The position numbers were made by a program, and so were the translations under genes. DNA of 62,422 nucleotides, counting the filler, from Nemertoderma westbladi (lineage: Eukaryota > Animalia > Xenacoelomorpha), in NCBI GenBank assembly GCA_032718475.1. It is 3 parts of 3 records of this genome, joined end to end, with 100 filler letters (N's around TTAATTAATTAA, not from the genome) between each part and the next. Parts side by side here need not be neighbours in the genome. Positions count along the whole stretch, not along the records: positions 13,592 to 39,175 come from JAUCBJ010005312.1; 2 more parts are not named here. One strand, written 5' to 3'. This document shows, in pieces, positions 24,601-36,800 of this stretch (positions are counted from its first letter, which is position 1; each line of letters begins with the position of its first letter). A model generated the notes under the pieces. That model was given only the letters and a program-made list of their open reading frames with translations. It made no database searches and had not been told where the DNA came from.

Positions 24601-25443
24601 ATCCTGCCAAGTACCTAACTGATCTAGACTTTGCTGATGACTTAGGAGTACTCTCAGAATCATTAGAGGGAGCCCAACGGCTCCTCAGCTCATTAGAACA
24701 TGCTGCTTCTAGTGTTGGTCTTTTTATTAACTCCAGAAAGACCAAAATTCTGACAGTTAACTTTGAAAGTCCTCAGCAAGTCTCTGATCGGATGAGCATA
24801 AGCTCAAAGGATGGTATGCATGGGCATGTGGACGACTTCTGTTACCTGGGATCATGGATCCGGAAGTCAGGTGAGGCCCTTCGAATACGTAAGGGAAAGG
24901 CATGGGCAGCCTTGAATAGGCTTTCCAGGATTTGGAAGTCACCTCGAATTAATCGGAAACTTAAGGTCCGATTATTTAGAGCAGCAGTAGTTCCAGTACT
25001 CCTCTACGGGAATCCATGCTGGGCTCTAACTGCTGAGGACACCAAATCTCTGGATGGCACATTCACAAGAATGCTACGCCGGGTTCATTGTGTCAAGTAC
25101 AATGCACACATCTCCAACCAGACACTATATAGCATTGGAGGTGTCTCATTGGTTCCCCCAAGCTTGACACTAGAACAAAATCGCCTCCGCTTTGCAGGAC
25201 ATTGCTTTCGCCGTGAGGACCAGCCAGTGCATAATCTTGTACTTTGGCAGCCTCATGGAGTGAATAAGCATGGTGGACAGCCCATGACATTCTTGAGACG
25301 CATCTTAAAGGACACTGGCCTTAAAGATGCGGATGATCTAGCAAATGTCATGGGTGATAGGGAGTTGTGGCGGTGCAATTTTGTTGACAAGCCGGCACAG
25401 CATTCTTAAAAATGCAGCTGCAATGCAGCATGCCGATCCTAGT
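21697..25443 (+). mobile_element. Near full-length RTE-clade non-LTR retrotransposon inserted in the 36-bp satellite
   Basis: ~490-bp 5' UTR, a single APE+RT reading frame and a short 3' UTR ending CCTAGT(AGT). The satellite resumes in register on both sides. Confidence 0.93.
22186..25409 (+). pseudogene. RTE ORF (apurinic-like endonuclease + reverse transcriptase), disrupted in its 5' half
   Basis: APE motifs GVQEHR, GGIGLLM, LGDFNA, QIDHI and SDHR. RT motifs VPKKG, FVDFFKAFDSV, GVLQGDTLAPFLF, FADD and FCYLGS. Lesions: 11-bp deletion ~22290, stops at 22757, 23475 and 23583, and a 4-bp insertion ~22877. Confidence 0.92.
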
Positions 25444-26686
25444 AGTAGCGCCCACCCCTACCTTTGGGTAGCAGATAGGAGTAGCGCCCACCCCTACCTT
25501 AGGGTAGCAGATAGGAGTAGCGCCCACCCCTACCTTCGGGGAGCAGATAGGAGCAGCACCCACCCCTACCTTCGGGGAGCAGATAGGAGCAGCACCCACC
25601 CCTACCTTCGGGAATCAGATAGGAGTAGCGCCCACCCCTACCTTCGGGGAGCAGATAGGAGCAGCACCCACCCCTACCTTAGGGTAGCAGATAGGAGTAG
25701 CGCCCACCCCTACCTTTGGGTAGCAGATAGGAGTAGCGCCCACCCCTACCTTAGGGTAGCAGATAGGAGTAGCGCCCACCCCTACCTTTGGGTAGCAGAT
25801 AGGAGTAGCGCCCACCCCTACCTTCGAGTAGCAGATAGGAGTAGCGCCCACCCCTACCCTCAGGTAGAAGATAGGAGTAGAGCCCACCCCTACCTACGGG
25901 TAGCAGATAGAAGTAGCGCCTAGCCCTACCCTCGGGTAGCAGATAGGAGTAGCGCCCACCCCTACCTTAGGGTAGCAGATAGGAGTAGCGCCCACCCCTA
26001 CCTTTGGGTAGCAGATAGGAGTAGCGCCCACCCCTACCCTCAGGTAGAAGATAGGAGTAGAGCCCACCCCTACCTACGGGTAGCAGATAGGAGTAGCGCC
26101 CACCCCTACCTTCGAGTAGCAGATAGGAGTAGCGCCCACCCCTACCCTCAGGTAGAAGATAGGAGTAGAGCCCACCCCTACCTACGGGTAGCAGATAGAA
26201 GTAGCGCCTAGCCCTACCCTCGGGTAGCAGATAGGAGTAGCACCCACCCCTACCTTAGGGTAGCAGATAGGAGTAGCGCCCACCCCTACCTTTGGGTAGC
26301 AGATAGGAGTAGCGCCCACCCCTACCTACGGGTAGCAGATAGACGTAGCGCCTAGCCCTACCCTCGGGTAGCAGATAGGAGTAGCACCCACCCCTACCTT
26401 CGGGGAGCAGATAGGAGTAGCAGCCACCCCAACCTTCGGGTAGTAGATAGGAGTAGCGCCCACCCCTACCCTCGGTAGCAGATTTGTGTAGCACCCACCC
26501 CTACCTTCGGGTAGCAGATAGGAGTAGCACCCACCCCTACCTTCTGGTAGCAAATAGGATTAGCATCCACCCCTACCTTCGGGTAGCAGATAGGAGTAGC
26601 GTCCACCCCTACCTTAGGGTAGCAAATAGGAGTAGCACCCACCCCTACCTTCGTGTAGCAGATAAGAGTAGCGCCCACCCCTGCCT
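25444..26686. repeat. 36-bp satellite, right part
   Basis: Same unit as 20453-21696, degenerating rightwards. Confidence 0.95.
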
Positions 26687-27052
26687 GTCATTGCTTTCCT
26701 GGCTTCTATGTCTTTTTTGCTGATCAATGACCCAAGTAGTTTGGAATATAGACGTATCGTATATTTTATCGTATATTTTTTAGGTCTATGTTTATGGTGT
26801 TTTCTAGTTACATATGTCAGAGTGCTGTACTAAATTGGACAAAACTGTGTTCCTGGTTACAATTCAGTATTGTGGTTACAAATCTGAGCAACCAGTTATA
26901 GGACTGCCTAGTTCCAAGTCAAAGTAAACAGTAATAAATCCAAGCTCCATATAACAAAATATGTAATATAAATAGATAGAGAGTGGCTTTGCAGCAAGTT
27001 GTAGTAGCTTGTCATATCGAATTTGCGTGGACCTTAAAGTTGGAAAACAAAA

Positions 27053-27319
27053 ATTCTGTGCTGGCTTGTCGACAAAATTGCGCCACCAAAACTCCCTATC
27101 ACCCATGACAATTGCTAGATCATCCGCATCTTCAAAGCCAGTGTCCTTTAAGATGCGTCTCATGTCTTGGGCTGTCCACCATGCTTATTCACTCTATGAG
27201 GCTGCCAAAGCACAAGATAATGCTCTGGCTGGTCCTCAAGGTGAAAGCAATGCCCTGCAAAGCGGAGGCGGCTTAGTTCTAGTGTCAAGCTTGGGGGAAC
27301 CAATGAGACACCTCCAATG
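27053..27319 (-). mobile_element. RTE 3' fragment
   Basis: Reverse complement of ~25133-25405 (RRILKDTGFEDADDLAIVMGDREFW). Confidence 0.85.
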
Positions 27320-27458
27320 ATACAAACCGGTCTACCTTAGTTATGTAATTGATGTTTTAATGAAATTGTAATTAATTAATTGTTATATGCTTTCTATATT
27401 TAATTATATTGACTGCAGTCGTTTACTATATTTGCCATGCGGGAATGTAGTTTTTGAG

Positions 27459-27700
27459 TCAGAGTAAGCGCATCAAGATTGAAACAGTTCGTGATGAAGT
27501 TTGCAGATTAGTGGGCAGTGACTTGCGTAAGAAAGCAATTGCATTTTTTATTATTGTTTGATACTCATCTGAATAGTCCAGATCGCTTTCCAATTCCTCA
27601 TCTTCGAGCTGTATACCGATTTCCATATCGGCCTCTAAGAGTCGTTGATTCAAATCTTTAAACGTCTCCATCAATGTTGTCCTCTCAGCTTCGTCAAGTT
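27459..27700 (-). pseudogene. Possible fragment of a BEL/Pao gag N-terminal helical region
   Basis: LLEADMEIGIQLEDEELESDLDYSDEYQTII resembles the acidic helical segment that precedes DUF1759 in Pao gags. This is pattern recognition only. Confidence 0.3.
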
Positions 27701-27789
27701 GCTAATTGTCGTTGTAATATGTGTGTCATTTTTGTAAATAGTTAGTTAATTATTAAATTAGAGAAATATGTAATCGTAATATTGTGTTT

Positions 27790-30460
27790 TTAAAACTGTT
27801 CATGGGCGGTTCAACAATCTGAAGAATATTCAACAATCCCACCAGCAATAATAATGACTCAGCAGGTAACGATGATAATATCTTCATTGTAAGAAACATT
27901 AGTTAATAATGAACTGTAAGACCAAGTTGTCAAGGATCATTCAGATCAATGGATTGGAGTTACGAAAGTTAGACCGAATAATTCATCTAAAATACCACCA
28001 TGGGTCATCCCAACACAATTAATAGGTTTGAACAACTTCGAGAAAGTGGATGTTCTGAAAATACAGAAAACAATCGCAGTAGCTGCTATGAGAACCAAAT
28101 GCATCTTACAAAGAAATCAATTCCACAATAAACACCAGCACGAGAACCGAGGCCACCAAAGCAACCATGGGACTCCATGGTCGAGAATACGAATAACAGA
28201 AACCAGCGTGAGCTTAGGTCTACTTACCAAACCCAAAAGGCCCCTACCAAAAACATCAGCACAACAAATGGGGTATTAATAGCTCATCACAGCCATCAGC
28301 TACGATGTGCTGAGTTTATAAAACATCAATCATTCTATGTATCTGGCATTTTGGTCTGGAAATACTGAAGAACACGTTATATCCTACCTCGATCACCATG
28401 GTATACCTGTCCCCTGAATAACAACTAGAAATAGTAAGGATAGCAGAAATATGAGGATCACTGTTGACATCAATGATAGCGAAAGACTGAAACTTGACAA
28501 CTTTTGGCCTTCTGGAATTAAATGTTGAGAATGGATATATCATCAAAGAATATATTCCGGCCAGAACAATGACCACTCTTCACAGCACAGTCTCTCTGCG
28601 GCATCCCATTATGTGCGGTCCCAGTCATCAGACACCTCATCAGACGGACACATTATGTTTGACGCAAGTAGAAAGTATGAACTGAGAAGAATAGGAGCAG
28701 ATGAAGTGAAGGTATGTACATTAAATACGACATGGATTACGACGGATGTAGGACAATTCGCTCCCGGACAATTCGGTCCCGGACAATTCGGTCCGGACAA
28801 TTCGGTCGCGGACAATTCGGTCCCGGACAATTCGGTCCCAAAACACTAAATAAATGGGACCGAATTGTCCGGGACCGAATTGTCCGGGACCGAATTGTCC
28901 TAGGACCGAATTGTCCTAGGACCGAATTGTCCGGGACCGAATTGTCCGGGACCGAATTGTCCGGGACCGAATTGTCCGGGACCAAATTGTCCGGGACCGA
29001 ATTGTCCGGGACCGAATTGTCCGGGACCGAATTGTCCGGTTCCTGATAGCAACTTTTTAGTGCTTTTTTGATATTGGTGAATGTTCTAGAACATTAGTAG
29101 AGATATTTGTTATGGTAGCTAGTGTTATTTACTTGCTAGAAATTTTTGAAATTTTAAAAATACTGTATTTTTTTTTATTTTTGTTATTGTAAGTGTTCGA
29201 GAACATTATTATATATTATTTATTAAGGTGTAGCTAGTGTTTTTTTTACTAGCTAGCATTTCCTTGAAATTATAAAAACACTTGTGAAAACATTGATATT
29301 TCAGAATTAGGCCTAAACTGTTGCTGATTATATTAATTACCAACAATATTGATGATATTATAACAGTCCATGAATGAGATCCAGCTATTATCTAGGATAA
29401 TAATTTAGGCTTGTTACCAACCAACAACACATACAGTATACTTACGCAGTATAAAAAAAAATCAGCTTTAAACATTTTAAATACATACTATTACTAGCTA
29501 GTAAATAAATCACAAGCTCCATAAAAACACCTTAGCTACCATAAATAATAATGTTAACAAAAAAAAGTAAATTTTTTTTATTTTTAAAAAAATACTAGCT
29601 AGTACAAATAATACACAATAATACTATAATAAACAATATAGTACCAATTAAATTTGTTCCCGGACAATTCGGTCCTGGACAATTCGGTCCCGGACAATTC
29701 GGTCCCGGACAATTCGGTCACGGACCGAATTGTCCGGGACCGAATTGTCCTGCTTCCGATTACGACATGGAGTGCCAAAGTCTTCTTGTCAACCTTCATG
29801 AAAATTTCGACACAGTTTACGCCGTCGGCAAAATGATGGAATCATAAAACCGAGGGGCTGGTGGAGTAGCACTACTTATGAGAAAAGACATGCTTAGGAC
29901 TTGGTCAGGGATTAATGGAGGTGATGACATTGTTGGTATCACTGGCCACCGTAGTCAGCCACTCTTGTTTCTATCTTGTTATACTCCAGACATTTCGAAG
30001 GGCCAAGCAGCATACTAGGATTTTCTGGGTCGCCTCGAAGGCCTCCTCTGACAATATGAAGAATGTATACCAATAATCCTAACTGATTCGAACGGCAATG
30101 TAGTACCTCTTCAGGGAAAATGAAGCGATTTAAAATATAGCAGGGCATCTACTCAAGGATCTTATCTGAACAGTTTCCTTTTTATCTACAAACTTGCTTG
30201 CAGAGGACACTTATGATAAATTTATCGGACCAACCACTACATTTCGCGGGGCTAATGCTTGTGCATCATATAGATCACATTATAACAGTATTATAACAAT
30301 ATTATAACATTATAACATCACATAGTGGACTCAAACAAATATCGTTTGGCTCAGTACTCCATGATGATCCTGCAAACAACTTCTCGAACCACACCCCTGT
30401 TACCGCAACTTTTAACTTCACCACAAATAGCTATCCAGCTAAAATAGAACACACTTAGCA
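27790..30460 (+). mobile_element. Heavily decayed CR1/L2-group LINE (ORF1 end plus ORF2 endonuclease), interrupted by a MULE-type element
   Basis: ORF1-like FYVSGI and DNFWPSGIKC (~28330-28530). APE motifs in order: VKVCTLN (28705), GGVALLM (29860), SCYTP, IILTDSN, IDHI (30270) and SNHTPV (30385). Confidence 0.65.
28744..29757. mobile_element. Non-autonomous MULE/Mutator-type foldback element
   Basis: Termini GGATGTAGGACAATTCG / CGAATTGTCCTGCTTCC with perfect 9-bp TSD GATTACGAC (28735-28743, 29758-29766). 15-bp GGACAATTCGGTCCC arrays occur in alternating orientation. Confidence 0.85.
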
Positions 30461-31968
30461 GACTGTAAAAGCTTTTGTGGGATAGCTGATTCGTTTGCTT
30501 TGCTAACCAGTTCCCCCCAAGGCGCTGGAATACTCTAAAAGGGATCTCTAGCTCGAATAGTGCAAGCTACCGGCTGATTGGCTGATTTGCTGTACGAAGG
30601 GATCTGGGCTATGTTCGATCGTCCAACCAGCTTGGGAAGGTTGCCCCATAGCCCTGCTTTCTGTATCTGCCAATAGGATTTGAGTTGGTTTTGATTTTGA
30701 CCTATCACAGATCTACTGAACTGAATTTCCTATCTGTATGCTCATTCTCTGTGGTGAGTGAGATCTTTGTAGAATAAGGGTAGCTGGAATTCTTATAGTT
30801 ATTCTTATCAGTTTTTAGTGTTGTTGGTGATTCTAAGCCAGGAAGAACGGCTCTGCCTTACACTAGTAGGCTTAATTATAAGGACATATATCCGTTATCA
30901 TAACAAAACTGACTGATTGTCACAACTCATGCAACTCAACATACCATACCTAAGTTCATCAGTCAGTTCTTCATAATATGGTTGATGAATTATTATATTT
31001 GGAATAACGATAAATAACCCCGAAACCCAATATTCTTGATATACCGAAGGTAAGAGAGAAAGGTTACATATAACGATTGTGACTTATGTTAAAGTGGTTT
31101 GAAGTGAATCTAATGTTATTTGATAGACCCTACATGATTCGGTCCGTGTTCCTTTTATATGTGACTAAAATCAGTGAAGATCGGCAGATTAGTGTGCAGT
31201 ATTGTGCAGCATTGTGTATGAGTGAGACTGATAACGAAGCATTTCCTAAAGAATGCGCCATATATGTGAATTATAACTAAGCCATATCGTTGTGAGTAGT
31301 TTAAGTCATAACTCTGTTTATATAGATAGAGCGCCACGTCCTAAAGGAACTGTTAATATTCCCGAAGGTGAATAATATTGTCAGAGATTATATAATACGA
31401 TCAGTCGAATAATACAGTAGGCTTACATAGCAATACGATTAAGCCGTCGAATCCAATCTCCCGGGTATATCCAGCGGGTGAATGATCGCGCACAGATTGG
31501 TTTCGACTAGTGTAGTGAATAAAATACTTGTCAGAGGCTAAAAGCGATTTATTATCTAGAAGACATCCTAATTTGGCGGGTTAAACTGCCAAAGGTCTGA
31601 AAGTGCGAACAATAACGGATATCTAGTCTGTATTGCAGTGTAGGCATTAAATACAGTTTAATATTGTTCTGGTAAGAACAATAACGGATATCGCTTCTGG
31701 ATTGCGGTGTAAGCAATCTAGTCGAAAGTACCGGTCGATCGGTAACCAGTAGGCCTGACTGCCTGATCATCCGGACCGGTACCTACAGCAGTATAGGTAC
31801 AGCAGTATTATTCGATTTTGATAATTATATACCGGTAGGCCTTAATAATTAATCAGGGACTGCAGCCCTGGTTTTTTATTGAGATTTTTACTTATTTCTG
31901 TCAAGTTTTATTTGTTTGTAGGCCAGTATTGAACAGAAGGCGTGTAAGCCTGATCAGATTGTACAGAC

Positions 31969-32538
31969 AATTTGTAGGCTGAGCTGTTGTCTGATTGTTG
32001 TTAAGTCTGAACGGATTGCAGTATGTGTAGATCACCTGTCCGATAAAGAACGGTTAGGAAGTAGGGGCAGCCAAAGCTGTAAGGTAAACCCCCAACTAAA
32101 GAATAAGTCGTACTACTGGGTTAGAACGCATACTACCTAATCATTTCGGAGTCTGCATGTCCTGTAGTTTATTTAGGCTTGAGAGTAGTCTGCCATCGTT
32201 TAGTCTGTACTTTGTTTGTGTAGTCTGTACAGGTAGCGTATAATATTTATTTAGATAATTTGTAGGCTGGATAGTTGTCTGGCTGTTATTAGGTCTGAAC
32301 GGATTGCAGTGTGTGTAGAGCCTCTGTCCGATAAAGAACGGTTAGGAAGTAGGGGCAGCCAAAGCTGTAAGGTAAACCCCCAACTAAAGAATAAGTTGTG
32401 CTACTGGGTTAGAACGCATACTACCTAATCATTTCGGAGTCTGCATGTCCTGTAGTTTATTTAGGCTTGATAGTAGTCTGTCAGTATTCGGTCTGCATTT
32501 TGTTTGAGTGGTTTGTACGCGTAGCGTAATATTTATTA
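31969..32538. repeat. 288-bp diverged tandem duplication in the BEL leader
   Basis: CGATAAAGAACGGTTAGGAAGTAGGGGCAGCC at 32041 and 32329. Confidence 0.85.
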
Positions 32539-33857
32539 TTCAGAGTTTATGCGATTATTCGCAACATTCATATCCCCAAGTTTGTTCCTACAGTAATTGT
32601 GTTTGTTATACATACCGCTATAGTTAAATTAACCCCGGTACTACACGGGCTGCTTGGCGTAGGTAAAGACTGGTGATTTTGTGCACCGGTCACTCCAGCA
32701 GATGCCGTGGTTCTTTTAGCTGTTCAAGTATATTTAACTACTGATTATATGTTGTACAAGTACTCGTACCTAATTTAGGGTTTAGTGTACAGTGCTTTCC
32801 GAAAGTAATTAGTGTAGACATTATATTTGTGTTGTAAAGTGGTTGATAGGCACGTTCGATTAGCTCTATTAACTTCTAGGTAGGGACACTCCGTGATACA
32901 TAACGTAGTACCTATAGCGATACGGCTATAGGTCGTCAGGCGGTGGTATTTTCCTATCTGGACAACGCAGTGTATTTACTACTACGTATTATTTTCAAAT
33001 ACCGCAGTACCCTGTCCGTTGTAATAACCAGATTTCTAACCCTTTGTTAGGCTGGTTTGTAGACTTCTTGTAAAATTACCCTAAAAATTCGTATTTGTGT
33101 TTTTTGTAAATTTTTGTGTTTATTTAGAGATTGTAATCTCACCCGAATTGTACGTAATTTGTAGTATTAAGTAACTTAGGTAAATTAGCATTATTTGTTT
33201 TAGTGTCCTATAAGTAACACTTCACTGAAAGCGCACCGCTTTGTGTAGTGATTACTCCCCAGAAATAATAACATTTATTTCAACATTGACAAAACCCATT
33301 AAACGGGTATATATATATTATAAATCAACTCAAACGATTTATAAATAGTAGGCCTGCCATACAACAATTAGGTCTCAATATCAGTTGGACTACTGCTTAA
33401 ATAACGGCAATAAAGTAAGTTAAGGTAACCAAGTAACCCTTAAAATTCAGAAATTCAGTTATTTAAAATAATTGATATACCGGTATTTACAATAGGCTTA
33501 TTATATTTATTTCTATAAATTTTAGGTTGAAATCATACCGGTATTCTGTAATTAATTCTAGTCCAGAATTATACTTATATATGCTACAAACTGTAAGCTG
33601 TATACCGGTATTCCCGATAGGCCTATTATATATTTATATATATTTGTGCTAAAATTATACTGGTATTCTGTGATAAAACTAGTCTGTAATAATACTTATA
33701 TATACTATAAGCATACCGGTATTCTAATATATTATATATATCACGCTACGCTGAGTAGCAGTATCGGTAATTAATTACTAGGCTAGCAGTTAATACTGAA
33801 TTACTAGACTTGCTTAGACTGTAATATAGCAGTAGGCATCCAACTGTACAAACAAAC

Positions 33858-36800
33858 ATGTCTGACACAAGGCAAACTCTGTCAGATAGTCTCCTAGAAA
33901 CAACAGTCTGTTTATCAGATAGGAGTATAGAGAATCCCAGACCGAGGTCTGAAACCCCTCCTACTGTAAGAAAGACAACCCCTACAGTAGCTGTGTCAGA
34001 ACCTAGGTTAGTAGAAGCAATTTCGCAATTCGCGAAGTTAGTGAAGCGCCGTAGGTCTATCATCGGTACTCGGGCCCAAGTTAAGCGGGATCAAGAAGCA
34101 GCTGCCAAACAGCAGCAACCTCCTAGCCAAGAACCTAGTTATCAGCGGCCCGAGAGCTCCAGTAGTTCGGGTGCTGTTGAGCGGACGCCCGAACGCGGAG
34201 CGAAGATGGCGGATACGGTTTATGATGAACGGCCAACCTATGAAGAATCAACCGACGCCACTTCTTCTCAAGAAGAAAGCGAAGGGACAGCGGAGGGGCC
34301 GCGAAAGAGGGATGCCATTGACATCTATCTGTCAGACTATCAACGTTTTTTAGGTGATGAGGAGTTGAGGAGAAGGTTAGATGGACTTAGCCCTAATAGT
34401 GAAGGAACTCAGCGTGTGTTGGATGCCATCGATGTGGAAATGAGGGCTGCGAACCAGGCTAAATTTGATGAACAACTCCGCATCACAAGAGTCCAAGAAG
34501 AACAAGTAAAGAAAAAACGTATAGAAGACCGAAAGGCAGCGGCAGTAGCAGCAGCAGTGGCAGCTGCAGAAGCAGAAAGAAAAGCGGCAGCGGCAGAGGC
34601 AGCGGCAGAGGCAAAAGCGGCAGCGGCAGTGGCAGCGGCAGAGGCAAAAGCGGCAGTAGCAGCAGCAGTGGCAGCTGCAGAAGCAGAAAGAAAAGCGGCA
34701 GCGGCAGAGGCAGCGGCAGAGGCAAAAGCGGCAGAGGCAGTGGCAGAAGCCGAACGGAGAGCGACTGAAGAAACCACCCAATTAGAATTGGAAAACATTC
34801 AGGAGAATCAAGACTGCATAAATAAACAGTTAACAGCTAGTAATATGCAGATGATGAATCGATCTACTCCCAAAAGGCAGGGATATACATCATCTGAGGA
34901 AGGCGATACCACCGATACTGAAGGCAAAGGAAATAGATCTCGTCTAAGCAGATGTAGAAGAACATCCCACCGTCAGAAATTGCCTGATTTGCCTCCAGCT
35001 GTTAGAAGGCAACTAAATAACACCAACTTAGGTAGTACAGAGCCCACAGACCAAATAATTAAAATAGAAAGACTCCCTACTATAGTAGATGAGCCTGAAA
35101 TAATTAGGCCTGTTCTTGAAATCACCCCTTCGGTGATAGACACACCTGTGCTCACTGAAGTTACCTCTAAATTCCCTCTGCATAGCACTAAGCTACCTGT
35201 GCCCAGTAGAACTGCCCAGGAGACAGTTCAGGTCCTGGACCCCGAGCGAAATATTCATGATTTGTCGCCCGTTGTCCCTCGTCCGCCCGCTACAACATTG
35301 GCGACTCCCGCTTCTGCGGTCGAATGGGTGGACGAGAGACGGCGGGGGATGGATCTCCTGCTCGGGCAGATGCAGGAGACTGTTCAACAATTCAAAGGCA
35401 CAGTAAGGGAAAGTAGGCTAGAGTTGCAAGAAGTGCAGCAAAGTATCGCGCTAGAACGCGATAAATTAGTAAATACACAAAAGGGTATACCACCACCCTC
35501 TGTAACAATGTGTCAACCTGTTAGGTCTGAAGTATCGCATGCGCAAGGTGTGGAGCCTACACGCATCTATACTGCTAGCGAAGTAGAAACTCCTATAGTG
35601 AACCCTATTAAGGGTAATTATAGACCTGTTGATAAGGATATTCCATATAGAACGGATCATAATCCGAGAAATTTATATACCGATAACTCGATATGAAATA
35701 ACACGATGGCCCAAGAAAGTTTTACGCGTCAAATGGCTAGAACCGAAGCCCGGCAAGCGGTAAAGGTGGGAGAGATCGTCAAGTTCAATGGAGATGAGAT
35801 GAAATGGTTACCTTTTAATGAATATTACAAAGATAACATACAGAACTCTGTGCTATCTAATGGAGAGAAACTTAGATTCCTCATCGAGTGTTTGGAAGGA
35901 TCTCCCAAGTTAATGGCGTTAAAGTTTATTGGACATCCAGACGGATTAAGACAAGTTTGGGATACACTTAACATCAGGTATGGTAATAGGAATAACATAG
36001 CTGGGTACTTGTATGCAAAGTTGGTAGCGCCCCGAAAGTTTATTAGCAGCGGAATTATAGAGTTTTCCGATGAGATTCAAGAGATCTGCAGACAATTAGA
36101 TTGGCTAGGTAAGTCTCATGAGTATCAGAACACTATGGTTATTAGAGCAGTAGCTTCTACTTTACCGAAGGGTGGAGTAGGTACACGCTGGGATAAGAAA
36201 GTGTTATATATGATGGAACAACAACGAAGAGACCCTACCATGGCTGATCTCATGTCATTCTTAGATAGAGAAGTGAAATTACAGCTCCTAAGGCAGTCCA
36301 GAGAGAAGACATTGGAAAACAAGGTAAGTGAGAAACCCGTTTCTAGGAGAAGGGTAACACCAATGTGTTATACAGACGACGGCGAAAGCCAAACCTCTCA
36401 AGGAGAGGACAGCGGGAAAGACACTGAAAGATCTTATTATGTCAATAAAACGCCTAAAGACCAGGTAAGTAAATCCAAGTCTCGACCCAATGACAGAAGG
36501 GAACCGGTACAAAAAACCCCTCCTACGTCTCCTAAAAGAATTCAGGTGAGAAAGTCCGAGGAAAGAACAAGTGTGCACCACATAGCACAGGTTAAAGTAA
36601 GTAACATCAAGCCGAAATGTGTGCTGTGCGACGGGCCCACCGTTTAAATGCGTGTGATAAATTCCTGAGGAAATCACTAAAGGATAGACGTGAAGTCATG
36701 TGGGATAAGCGGTTGTGTTATAATTGCCTCAGACGAGGACACCAACGGCGAACCTGTTACTCCGACGCAAGGTGTGCAAAGTGCGGCGCAAAACATCATA

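Noticed and set aside
34377-34798. Cys-rich, Ala-rich (antifreeze-like) and Leu/Pro-rich minus-strand ORFs
   Set aside because: They are antisense shadows of the GCA/GCG-rich repeat in the BEL gag frame.
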